From the NCBI GenBank assembly GCA_965287045.1, contig OZ336893.1:21700001-21764000 (forward strand): a DNA stretch of 64,000 nucleotides. Reading direction: 5' to 3'. Shown here piece by piece: positions 12,258-23,130 of the stretch. A program made the translations under genes and the position numbers. Each line of letters starts with the position of its first letter. The stretch's first letter is position 1. The DNA is from Carcharhinus amblyrhynchos. Lineage: Eukaryota. The notes below the pieces were generated by a model. It had not been told where the DNA came from. It saw only the letters and a list, made by a program, of their open reading frames with translations, and ran no database searches.

Positions 12258-12818
12258 ATAAGAACATAAGAAATAGGAGCAGGAGTAGGCCATCTAGCCC
12301 TTTGAGCCTGCCCCACCATCCAACAAGATCATGGCTGATCTGAAGTGGATCAGTTCCACTTTCCTGCTTTCCCCCCACATCCCTTAATTCCCTTGTCTAT
12401 CAGAAACCTATCTACCCGTGACTTAAATATATTCAACGAGGTAGCCTCCACCATTTCAATGGGCAGAGAATTCCAGAGACTCACCACCCTTTGAGTGAAG
12501 ATGTTCCTCCTCAATTCCGATCTAAACTGCCCTCCCCCTTATTTTGAGGCTGTGCCCTCTAGTTCTGCTATCCTTTCTAAGCGCAAAGAATCTCTCTACC
12601 TCTACCCTATCTAGCCTCTTCATTATCTTATATGTCTCTATAAGATCCCTCCTCAGCCTTCTAAACTCTAACGAGTACAAAGCCAGTCTATTCAATCTCT
12701 CCTCATAGTTAACCCCCTCATCTCCAGTATCAGCCTAGTGAACCTTCTCTGTACTCCCTCCAAGGCCAATATATCCTACCGCAAATGCGGTGACCAAAAC
12801 TGCACATACTCCAGCTGC
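12258..12818 (-). mobile_element. CR1 LINE, 5'-truncated, young family (more diverged copy)
   Basis: taagaacataagaaataggagcaggagtaggcc tail; colinear with 25330-25900. Confidence 0.9.
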
Positions 12819-13020
12819 ATGTCTCCCAGAATGACAATTGGAGTCCTATGTAAAAATACATAAGGAAAAAAAACTTCCCTGGCAACTCAATTTGTTTATG
12901 AGCATAAAACAAATAAAATCTGATAACTATCATAAACCGCAGCTTTACATGATCTCAATCTGAATAACGACATCAATTGGAGTTAGGAGTTGGTGGTATT
13001 CGTTGATGCTGAAGAACAAG

Positions 13021-13141
13021 ATGTGTGTGTTTCCGAGTTGTATGTTTGAGTGTGCATGGGAGTGTGTGTTTGCGTATGTATACATATGTGTGTTTCTGTG
13101 CATGCGTGTTACTGTGCATGCGTGTCTGTGCATGTGTGTGG
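13021..13141. repeat. Degenerate (TG)n microsatellite
   Basis: Alternating TG/TA/CG run visible directly. Confidence 0.85.
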
Positions 13142-13479
13142 TAGGGACTGGGTGGAAGAGACTTTGGATTATGTCTCTCTCTTGTTAAAATGGGCAGCAA
13201 GCTCTCCTTTGGTACTCTTGTGCGTGGGGAGTGGTCACTTAGAAAAAGTACTCCTGTAGAAAGGCTCCTGTAGAATCTTACACCAGTGTGAGATTTGAAA
13301 AGGAGGGAAGTAAACAAAGAAGGGGAAGAGATTTTCCTCTCCAATTGCTTGTAAGAGTCCTAAACACATAACCTATGCCAATGCTTCTGAGTATGTCAAT
13401 ACGAAGAACGTAGAACACTCCTGATGCCCTGAGTCACACTTAATTCCTTCAATCACAATTCCAAAACAGATGAACTGGT

Positions 13480-14005
13480 GGTACAGTGCACTGTTATTTG
13501 GGGAAGTGGGGCTGCTTGCTATGTGAAAGTTGGCTGCTGCACTTTCCCTAAGTCATAACAACGGCTACACTTCAAATTAATTAATTGGCTGTGAAGAGTT
13601 ATGGGACATCCTGAGGATGTAAAAGATACTCTTCTAAATGATCTAAATTTAGACAACATTAGGCCTGTTCCCAGTGGGCTGAACTTGCAACATGAACTTG
13701 ACAATAATTGAAAAAGATTTAGTTTATGGCCACATGGAAAATGGACACGGGCTAAACTGAAGCAGACACTTTAAAGGCCTTCATCTTCTTGAAGGAACCG
13801 ATCTTTCACTGGGAAATTGGATATGGGAATATATTGGAACAAAATGTAAAGAGAAGACTCCCTCATCCTCAGGCAGATGTAAACGATCCCATGGCACTAC
13901 TTAAAGCAGTGCAAAAGAATGCGCCTAATGTCCTAGGCAACACTTAACCCCCCTAGCCAACATTTCCGAAACAGATTAACTGGTTATACATTTCACTGTT
14001 ATTTG
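13480..14005 (+). mobile_element. DeuSINE (SacSINE1/AmnSINE1-like) fragments
   Basis: ttggctgctgc...ctacacttcaaa..aattggctgtgaag...tgggacatcctgagg tail at 13480-13632; Deu core gatcccatggcacta...tgtcct.ggcaaca at 13870-14005. Confidence 0.6.
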
Positions 14006-14009
14006 GAAT

Positions 14010-14162
14010 TGAAAATATATGAATTGGATAAGCAGCAGAGGAGTTACAGGGAAAGGACAGGGATGTGGGACTAGCTCATTTGCTTTTGCAGATAGTTGGA
14101 GTGGGTTTGGGCCAAATAGCCTCCATCTATGCTTGAACCATTCTATCAGCCTATGATTCTAT
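14010..14162 (+). mobile_element. Old CR1 3' tail
   Basis: gggccaaatagcctccatctatgc...ctatgattctat terminal motif. Confidence 0.55.
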
Positions 14163-14954
14163 CTCGTATCCAAGGGTTCCTGATGTTTCCATTGCTTACA
14201 AAGAGGAAAGGTATCCAATGATTTAATGTTATCTCCCACTGGTAAGATAGGATCATCCAGCCCCACATTGAAAAATGTTCCAGCATTCCAATCTTTCCAA
14301 GATTCCAGGAGCAATGATGTCATTGAGTGTTGCCAGAGTGACAGGTGAGCTCTGGTTACTGAAACAGGACAGCAGTCCCTGGGGAAATACTCCAGGGGGG
14401 GGGTTTTCTATTGTAAATACTTCACTCAGTACCATTGACATGCAAAGACAAGGCTGAGAGCAGATAACCGGTTCCCTTCATGCAATGTCAGTTGCCTGGG
14501 GTTGAAAATTCCACACACAGCAAAGTGACAGACAATTCATCATGGAAGGGTGGGGTGCTGGGAGAATGAAATGCCAGTAAATACTACCCCGGTCAAAAAG
14601 GTTAAGACGAAAGAGCTGCTTCCACTAGAGATACTGAATCTGTCGTAGCAAGGGGTTCGTGTTAAAGATTGGAGCACAAATGAGGCTGAATGAATTAGCT
14701 TGTAAATGACTAAAGTGAAAAACGTAGCTTGAATGTTAGGCAACTAACCTGACAACTTCTATATTCTAGATAGAGTCTAGATTAGATTTCGATTTGCCAG
14801 GAATTTCTTTCCCAATGTTCTACTCTCCTGAAAGCATGGGCACTTCGCTGGGTTTCTACAATTATTGGAAGACCAAGTCCAAGCAACCCATACTTCATTC
14901 TGGAAATTATTCAATCATCGGGCCTGTTCATACCACCGTCTACATGGACACAAG

Positions 14955-15285
14955 TCATAGAATCAAAGAATCCTACAGTGCAGAAGGAGACCATTTGGCC
15001 TATCGTGTCTGCACCAACCACAATCCCACTCAGGCCCTATCTCCATAACCCCATGCATTTACCCTAGCTAATCCCCCTGACACTAAGGGGGCAATTTAGC
15101 ATGGCCAATCCAGCTAACCCACACATCTTTGGACTGTGTGAGGAAACAGGAGTACCCAGAGAAAACCCACACAGACATGGGAATAAGGTGCAGACTTCAA
15201 ATAGACAGTGGTCTAAGCCAGGAATCGAACATGCGTCCCTGGCGCTATGAGGCAGTAGTGCTAATCACTGTGCCACTGTGCTGCC
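14955..15285 (-). mobile_element. HE1-type V-SINE
   Basis: Full reverse-complement copy from tcatagaatc to ctgtgccactgtgctgcc. Confidence 0.9.
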
Positions 15286-15454
15286 TAAGGTAATATTCAG
15301 GATAGGGAACCTAGATTGATTCCTTCTTTCCTGGGCGAATTAGTGTTTCAATGTCTGGCAGAGTTTAGATTAGACTGTTTACTTTGGGTGGGTGGATTGT
15401 GGAGGGGGGTTGTATTTATTCATTCTAGAATTAAGTACCTAGCAAATAAAGGGA

Positions 15455-15884
15455 TGAGAGTGTGAGCAGAGACTGATAGCCAAGTTCTGCACACATGAGG
15501 ACAGCCTCAACCGGGATCTTGAGTTCATGTCACAATATCTGTAACCCCAACGACTTGCCTGAGCTTGCAAAATCTCACTAACTGTCCTGTATGGAGACAA
15601 TACACATCTCTTTAATCTGTGCACAATGCTCTTTCCACTCACATTGTCTGTACCTTTAAGACTTGATTACCTGTAAAGACTCACATTCCAACCATTATTT
15701 TGTAAATTGAGTTTGTGTCTTTATATGCCCTGTTTGTGAACAGAACTCCCACTCACCTGATGAAGGAGCAGCGCTCTGAAAGCTAGTGGCTTTTGCTACC
15801 AACTAAACCTGTTGAACTTTAACCTGGTGTTGTGAGACTTCTTACTGTGTTTACCGCAGTCCAACGCCAGCATCTACGTACATG
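15455..15884 (+). mobile_element. Penelope-like element 3' end (ORF C-terminus plus terminal repeat)
   Basis: Translates EQRLIAKFCTHEDSLNRDLEFMSQYL*, matching the EQxLIxxFxT...GLN motif at the end of PLE GIY-YIG domains, then the same terminal segment as 10933-11094. Confidence 0.85.
15754..15788 (+). ncRNA. Minimal type I hammerhead ribozyme motif (best preserved copy)
   Basis: cac-CTGATGA-a-ggagc(agc)gctct-GAAA-gc-TA-gtg: core boxes intact, stem II 5 bp, palindromic AGCT helix III, cac/gtg stem I. Confidence 0.7.
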
Positions 15885-16759
15885 TTCTGTGCAGATGCAG
15901 TCACAGGCAGACTTGTACATGGTTTGATTCACGTGCTTGCTCAATTTTCCAGTCATTTGTTATTTTTGCCCATTGGAGGGATGTTCACATTAACACTCCT
16001 TTCAATAAAATCGTCCAGTTTGTGTTTAATATTCCTTTGTCTTTGTTCGTTCGTGTTCGATGGACCCTCTGGGGGGTTAAAACACTTCTTAAACTTTTAA
16101 TATTAATAAATATTTTCCCACCTGGAAATTGCAGGTGTATAGAGATGAGGACAGACGTGAATTTAGCTGAAACGGCCACAAATTTAATGAGTCAGTGTCT
16201 TAGCTCACTTGGGAAGAATGCCTGCTTGGGTGTTTACTGGGGAGGGGTGTGGGGGGAGCTGCAGGTCAGGCAAGAACTCGATCCCAGAAGATGGGGGAAT
16301 ATGCACTATAGGGTGGGTAGGAGGTGGAGGAACATACCTTTCCTTTAATTATGCTCAAGTGAGACCTGAGTGAGGTCTTATCTGTGTAACCTGCTTGCCC
16401 AGAGCTACATTGTGAAAATTACTGACTAACAAGTGAAGCAGTCCACATAGCTCTTCAGTTCACGATTAACTGATAGTAGAAACTGCTGATGCACACGTAC
16501 GTGACACCAGTTTAGAGCCATTACCTTATTATAATCAAGGTTGATCTGGAATTCACCTCACTTTGAGGTCCAATTAAAGTTGATGGAGATGAAATTGGAT
16601 TATGCTAGGAACACGAGATGGGCTTGCAGCAAATCAATGGCTGAGTTTTCAGTGCACCAGTTTTTAATTTTCCTTGATTTGGGAACCATTGCACAGTTTT
16701 TAATTTTAAACTTAATAAAAATGAGAATGAAGCTAGGAATGCAGTCTCTAAAACAAATG

Positions 16760-17040
16760 TATTTTATTTATTAATTAATTAGTGTCACAAGTAGGCTTAC
16801 CTTAACACTGCAATGAAGTTACTGTGAAAATCCCCTAGTCGCCACACTCCAGCACCTGTTTGGGTGGCCAACACGTCTAACCAGTACACCTTTCAGTCTG
16901 TGGGAGGAAACTGGGGCACTTGGAGTAAACCTACGCAGACACGAGAAGAATGTGCAAACTCTGCACAAACAGTGACCTGAGGCCGGGATTCAAACCCAAA
17001 TCCCTGGCACCGTGAGACAGCACAGCTAACCACTGTGCCA
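16760..17040 (-). mobile_element. V-SINE family B
   Basis: tagtgtcacaagtaggcttac...gaagttactgtgaaaatccccta tail, V domain and head. Confidence 0.9.
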
Positions 17041-17202
17041 ATTTGAACTATAATTCAGGTGGAAAGAAGTGGTGGTCCTGTATTGGCTGTTGATTCAAAG
17101 TCCATTTTGCATTGCTGGCACAGACCAATTTCATCCTTTATATTTAATAGCATAAGACACTGCTTCTCCAGGCACTGTCTTTTGGAGTTCTCCCTGCACC
17201 TT

Positions 17203-17223
17203 GAGAGAGAGAGAGAGAGAGAG
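17203..17223. repeat. (GA)n microsatellite
   Basis: About ten GA units. Confidence 0.9.
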
Positions 17224-17574
17224 TGCGAGAAGGCAATGGCCATTCAACACACTCCTCTAAGTAACTGGCTCTAAAGACCAACTGGCTTAAAAACCTCTTA
17301 GTAACTGGCTTTAAAGGCTGAAGACTGGGAGTGGACCTCCTCTAAGTTGGAAAATACCTGTGGCCTGGGTGGGTGGACGGGCAAGGAAATAAATGAAAAG
17401 AAGGTCACAAGAAAGGTAATTAAATAAACCTGAATGCTGCTAAAGAAGTGAAAGCTTTTCACTGTGCCCTACAGTGAGAACAGCTCGACCAACCTTGAAA
17501 TGAAAGTAGTGCTCCCAAAGCAGACATGGTTACAAGGACAATATGAAGGCCAACAGTTCCTTACTGTGATTTAA

Positions 17575-17925
17575 AAGAAATAGGAAGATGTGTAGGCCAT
17601 TCGGTCCCATAGGTCTGTCCTGCCATTTAACAAGATGTGGTTGATCTGATTGCGGCCTTAACTCTACATTCCTGCCTGTCTCCCACAATCTGTGTGGTTA
17701 ACTCTATTCATTGGCCCTGCATCCACTGATTGCTGGAGTCGAGAATTCTAGAGATTGATGTTCTTCTGAAAGAAATTCCTCCTCATTAGCATTTTAAATG
17801 GGAACCCCCCCCGCCCTTATTTTGAAACTGTGTTCTCTAGTTCTAGATTCCCTTCTGAAGGAAAATGTTGTCTCAGTGTCTACCTTGTCAAGCCTCCTCA
17901 GAACCCTTATGCACTTCAATAAGAA
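17575..17925 (-). mobile_element. Old CR1 3' fragment
   Basis: agaaataggaag..gtaggccattcgg tail; ccttattttgaaactgtgttctctagttct (RTREHSFKI on the minus strand). Confidence 0.75.
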
Positions 17926-18140
17926 ATATACTTGCTCCTTCTATAAAGTCAGAATCCGCACCAAAATTTTCAATTTTCATGAAAAATCATTGAAATGAGG
18001 GAATTCAGACCCTAAAACATCATTAAAGATCTCAGAATTGGAGATAATTACAATGAAATTTGATTATATTGTTCTTTTGGTTTGGTGGTCTGTGCACCCA
18101 TGAGCTAGTTAATGATATTTACAAGTAGCCAGATACAGAT

Positions 18141-18455
18141 GGCAACACCCTGGCACAATGGTTAGCACTGCTGCCTCACAGTGCCAGGGACACAGGTTTG
18201 ATTCCCAGCTTGGGTCACTGTCTGTGCGGTGTCTGCACGTCCTCCCCGTGTCTGTGTGGGGTTACCTCCAGGTGCTCCGGTTTCCTCTCACAGTCTGAAA
18301 GACGTGCTGGTTAGGTGGATTGGCTATGCTAAATTCTCCCTCAGTCCTCAGTGTGCCCGAACAGGCGGCGGTGTGTGGTGACTAGGGGATTTTCACGGTA
18401 ACTTCATTGCAGTGTTAATGTAAGCCTATTTGTGACTAATAAATAAATAGACTTT
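18141..18455 (+). mobile_element. V-SINE family B
   Basis: Full-length copy. Confidence 0.9.
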
Positions 18456-18944
18456 CAGGCTGGGTTTTAGCTAAATTGTGAGAACAGACTCATCCAGAGA
18501 GCAATATTAAGGATGCTTTTCTGAGTGAGCGCAAACTTATAAGCCTGATGTTCATCAACAAGAGCATTTACCGAGGGAATCCATGGCACTGTGTAATGAG
18601 AACTGTACCACAGGGAACCAAACAGTAAATGAAAAAGTAACAAAAACGCCCATGGGTACGTTAAGAAGGCTCTGGTGTGATAATGCTTGACCTGTGATCA
18701 GGTATGCAATGATAACAGGAATTCTCCTGGATCAGATAAACAAACCAGTTGTTTAAAGTTATTCCCATCTCAGGATGATTTTGTGACATTAATTATACTT
18801 ATAGGATTTTTACAGAGGCCAATGTCAAATTCTCATTCTGGCCACAAAACCTCATACTTCAGTTTTAACTGGAAACCCATAATTTTCCAGAGGCAAATTG
18901 CATTGCTATCAATTTTGCGCTTAATCACACATGGAATTCGTAAT

Positions 18945-19190
18945 GTTGCCACAATTGGCCTCAGCGCCTTTCAATCCTGACATCAACATTCAAGTCTCCT
19001 GCTCCTGATTGCCATCTAGTGACACCTATTGGAAGTTGCATTCACGAGTGAGAATGTGTGCGTCAGGTAAGGGCAGGATTGAGCTCAGCTTCAATAACAC
19101 CCTAAGGTTAACTGGAGCACTGACATTCATTGTGTCAAATCAAGTGTAAAGAATGGCCACTTGGGTAATGGTTACCAGTGATCATGGAGG
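18945..19190 (+). mobile_element. Ancient SINE-like repeat (family D); related copies at ~20995-21150 (+), ~24340-24600 (-), ~39375-39600 (+)
   Basis: Shared motif (c/t)ctgat...atc(c/t)(a/g)gtgac(c/a)cctgctggaa and caattggcctcag among the four loci. Confidence 0.5.
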
Positions 19191-19267
19191 GAAAACGAGA
19201 GGGAAAGATGTCTTCTGTCTGCATATTGTTCTTATAAATTTTGGGTAAAATTCACTTGTGTATCAGG

Positions 19268-19715
19268 TTTATTTATTATTAGTCACAAGCAGGCTTACAT
19301 TAACACTGCAATGAGGTTACTGTGAAAGTCCCTTAGTCGCCACATTCCTGTTCAGGTACACAGGGAGAATTCAACATGGAGGAAACACAGTTAGACACGA
19401 GGTGAATGTATAGACTCCAACATACAGTGATCCAAGTCGGGAATTGAACCCAAGTTACTGGTGCTGTGGGCAGCAGTGCTATCCACTGTGCCACCGTGCA
19501 GAGTCTGCACATTCTCCCTGTGTGGGTTTCCTCCGGGTGCTCTGGTTTCCTTCCACACTCCGAAGGACGTGCTGGTTAGGTCCATTGGCCATGCTAAGTT
19601 CTCCCTCAGTGTACCCAAGCAGGTGCCTGCATGTGGCGACTAGGGGATTTTCACAGTAACTTCACTGCGATGTTAATGTAAGCCTACTGTGACAGTAATA
19701 AATAAACTTTAAAAA
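19268..19715. mobile_element. Head-to-head pair of family B V-SINEs
   Basis: Minus copy 19268-19499 with head, fused at GTGC to a headless plus copy 19496-19715. Confidence 0.85.
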
Positions 19716-19794
19716 CTTCTCTAGGCTCACACTGGTGTTGATGCTCCACATGAGACACTATTAGCATATCTGTCTCTTCCCTTCTTCCTCATGT

Positions 19795-20725
19795 TTTTAT
19801 TGTTCTTCCATGGGATGTGGGTATCTCTTGCAAGGCCAGAAATCACCATTGATCCCTAATTGCCCTTGAGAAGATGCTGGTGAACCACATTATTGAACTA
19901 TGGCAGTCCAAGTGGTGTAGGTACGCCCAGTGCTGTTTGGTAGAGAATTCCAGGATTTTGATCCCATGATTACGAAGGAACGGTGTTATAATTCCAAGTC
20001 AAGAAGATGTACTTGGAGTACTGTGCGCAATTCTTGTCGCCTTGCTACAGGAAGGATGTGGAAGCTATTGAGAGGGTGCAGAGGAGATTTACAAGGATGT
20101 TGCCTGGAGTGGGAGGCATGCCTTGTGAAGATAGGTTGAGGGAGCTAGGTCTCTTCTCCCTGGAGAGACGAAGGTTGGGAGACGACCTAATAGAGGTTTA
20201 TCAAATGTTGAGAGGAATAGATAGGGTGGATTCTCGGAGGCTATTTCCCAGGGCTGAAATGGTCACTATGAGAGGACACAGGTTTAAGGTGCTGGGAAGC
20301 AAGTACAGAGGAGATGTTAGGGGTAAGTTTTTCACTCAGCGGGTGGTGAGTGAGTGGAATTGGCTGCCACCGGTGGTGGTAGAGGCGAACTCACTGGGGT
20401 CTTTTAAAAGACTTCTGGATGAGTATACGGGATTTAATAGGATTGGGAGTTACAGATAGTTCTATGGCTTGGTAGGTATGGATGTGATCGGTGCAACTTG
20501 TGGGCTGAAGGGCCTGTTTGTGCTGTAGTGTTCTATGTTCTATGTGTGGCTTGGAGGGAAACTTATGGGTGCTGGTCTTGTCCTTCAGGGTGGTAGAGGT
20601 CACGGACATGGAAGCTGCTTTCAAGGGAGCCTTGGTGAGTTGCTGCAGTGCGTGTGGTAGATGTAATACACTGCTGCCACTGTGCATTGGTGGAGAGGGA
20701 GTGAATGTTTAAGGTGGTGGATGGG
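19795..20725 (-). mobile_element. Second CR1/L2-group LINE family 3' end, split by a CR1 insert
   Basis: Minus strand reads roughly HSL.HQCTVAAVYYIYHT.CSNSPRLL; tail gggcaattagggat...cccacatcccatg; homologous to 29125-29940. Confidence 0.7.
20004..20543 (+). mobile_element. CR1 LINE 3' fragment with open ORF2 C-terminus
   Basis: ORF 20007-20459 LEYCAQFLSP...ERVQRRFTRML...RGHRFKV...FFTQRVV; tail tgtagtgttctatgttctat. Confidence 0.92.
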
Positions 20726-20821
20726 TGTAGTTCTCCAGCTTCCCCTTAAAAGCCTTAAGCTATATGTCTCATTCCCTGTGGTAACAATTTCCTATCCCTG
20801 GTTTAAAAAAAATCTCTCCTG

Positions 20822-20925
20822 GAAAAAAACCCAGAAAATACTGGAAATGTTCAGCAGGTCTGGCAGCAACTGTGGAGAGAAACAATCGAGGTCGTGATTC
20901 AGGTCACTGACCTTTTATCTGAAAG
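20822..20925 (-). mobile_element. Penelope terminal fragment
   Basis: cagaaaatactggaaatgttcagcaggtctggcagcaactgtggagaga matches 2505-2560 and 27612-27665. Confidence 0.65.
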
Positions 20926-21416
20926 TTTCTTTCGGCTTTTCCTGAGCTCATTATTGGATGGGTTACTGACTATTTTATATTTATGACCAGTAGTTTGAGA
21001 TCTCAGCTAGTTCTGGGGCAGTGTGTCAACTGACCTCATCATCCCTGGCAAAGAAGAAAATGGCCAGGTGGAAATTGGTTGTGGTCTAGTACCTCACTCC
21101 TGGCCTATCTTACTGTCAGCTCATCCAGTGATCCCTGATGGAAAGGATCAATAACTAAAGACAACACTGGTAACTAAACAAATGCTCTGCTTGTGAGAGA
21201 GGAAACAGAAGGCTTTGTGGAATGGCAACTGCTTTTTTCAGGAGGAAAAAAGAGAAAGCAGGATGCTTTAGAGAGGGTTTTTACTTTGTACAAGTCTTAA
21301 AGTGGAGGGTTAGCCATTTGACTTCGACGGAAATAAAAATTGGAGGAAATGCAAAAGGATCTATCATTCATTGCTCATTGTCAAGATCTACTGGTCAGGG
21401 ACTTTATGGGCTTATT

Positions 21417-21685
21417 GGGCAGCCTGGTGGCAAATGGTTACAGCTCAAGGGACCCGGGTTGAATTCTGATCTCGGGTCACTATCTTGTTGAGTTTGCACA
21501 TCCTTCTTCTATCTCCGTGGGTTTCCTCCCACACTCCAAAGATGTGTAGGTTAGACGGATTAGCCATGATAAATACGTGGAGTTAGGGGATAGGGTGGGG
21601 GAGAGGGCTTGGATAAGATACCCTGTCAGAGATTCATTGCAGATTTGATGAACCTCTTCTGCACCATAGGGTTTCAATGATTCTA
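21417..21685 (+). mobile_element. HE1-type V-SINE with internal deletions
   Basis: gggacccgggttgaattc B-box, V domain, ctgcaccatagggtttcaatgattcta tail. Confidence 0.8.
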
Positions 21686-22126
21686 CGGAGAAGCTAATTC
21701 TACTTCACATTAGTCAGATTAGAAGGACAACTAGTAAATGTTTAATTTTAATCGGGTCTGATTTGAGAAGATTTGAGTGATCATCCATGAACAACTTTTA
21801 GGTAAAGTGGGGAGGAGGGGGTGGGGGGGAGGCGGTGGTGTCAGCCACCTTGAGGGCTTCCACTGGGTTAACATAGCAATGGGTTAATATCCTGTTCACC
21901 TGCAGCAGAACGGAACTTGGCCAATTTTCATTTAAATCTTGCTGGCTGATTTCTGGCTGGGAAGTTGACTGGAATAGGCAGAAAATTGTGTGGCTCAGAG
22001 GCTACTTGCCAATGTCTAATAAGTGGTTGAATCAGTTCCCAAGGTGTCCCATGGATCTTCTGATTGGGAGAGGGAGATGAAATTGCAATAAGGGAGGCCT
22101 GTGTGGCCCAGAGGAGCATGCCTACC

Positions 22127-22773
22127 TAGAATCATAGAACCCCTGAAAGGAGCCCATTCAGTCCATTAGGCCTGCATCAACAGTTCTATGATGTGGAGAT
22201 GCCGGTGTTGGACTGGGATGGGCACAGTAAGAAGTCTCTCAACACCAGGCTAACAGGTTTGTTTGGCAGCACAAGCTTTCAGAGTCTCTCTCTCCTTCAT
22301 CAGGTGAGTCAGGAGTTGTGTTCACAAACAGGGCATATAAAGAAACAAATTCAATTTACAAGATAATGTTTGGAATGAGAGTCTTTACTGGTAATCAAGT
22401 CTTAAAGGTATAGACGATGTGAGTGGAGAGAGAGCCAAGTACAGATAAAAGAGGTCTCCAGCCAGGACAGCTAATGAGATTTTTAAGCCCACCCAAGATC
22501 CCAGTTGAGGCCATCCTCATGTGCAGAACTTGGCAACAATTCCACTCAGGCCCTATCCCCGTAATCCCACGTATTTACACTGCTTGTCCCCCTGACACTG
22601 AGGGGAAATTTAGTATGGCCAATCCACCTAACCTGCATATCTTCAGAGTGTGGGTGGAAACCAGAGCACCTGGAGGAAACCCTTGCAAACTCCACAGTGA
22701 CCCAAGGCTGGAATTGAACCAGGGTCCCTAGTGCTGTGAGGCAGCCATGCTGACCACTGTGCTACCATGCTGA
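22127..22773 (-). mobile_element. HE1-type V-SINE interrupted by a Penelope 3' fragment
   Basis: SINE tail 22127-22187 continues at 22534-22773. Confidence 0.85.
22188..22533 (-). mobile_element. Penelope 3' fragment with hammerhead motif and target duplication
   Basis: Reverse complement of 15480-15884; CTGATGA...GAAA on the minus strand at ~22270-22306; flanked by caacagttc / caacaattc. Confidence 0.85.
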
Positions 22774-22919
22774 CCTGGTCTGAAAGAAGTTGGCAAGGTG
22801 CCTCAGACAGGTATCTGGGGGCGGCTGGCCAGATTAGGGCTGACTGGAAGTCAGTGACGGGTTGGTGTGGGGGTGTGTGAGAGGGGTGTGGGGATTTTGC
22901 GGGTGCTGATCTTTGGAAT

Positions 22920-23130
22920 CCGCTACCCCAGAGAGTTATGGATGCTCCATCGTTGAATACATTAAAGACTGGGATTGACAGTGTTTTGGTCTTTCAGGGA
23001 GTAAAGAAATGTGGGGAATGGGAGAGAAAATGGAGTTGAAGCCCAAGATCAGCCATGATCGTATTAAATGGTGGAGCAGGCTTCCTGAGCCATGTGGTCT
23101 ACTCTTGTTCATGTTTCTTATGTTCTTATG
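22920..23130 (+). mobile_element. CR1 3' tail
   Basis: agatcagccatgatcgtattaaatggtggagcagg...ttcttatgttcttatg. Confidence 0.8.

Noticed and set aside
17259-17315. Three short aactggct repeats, and the 16652-16707 mini-duplication
   Set aside because: Ordinary local slippage duplications with no further structure.
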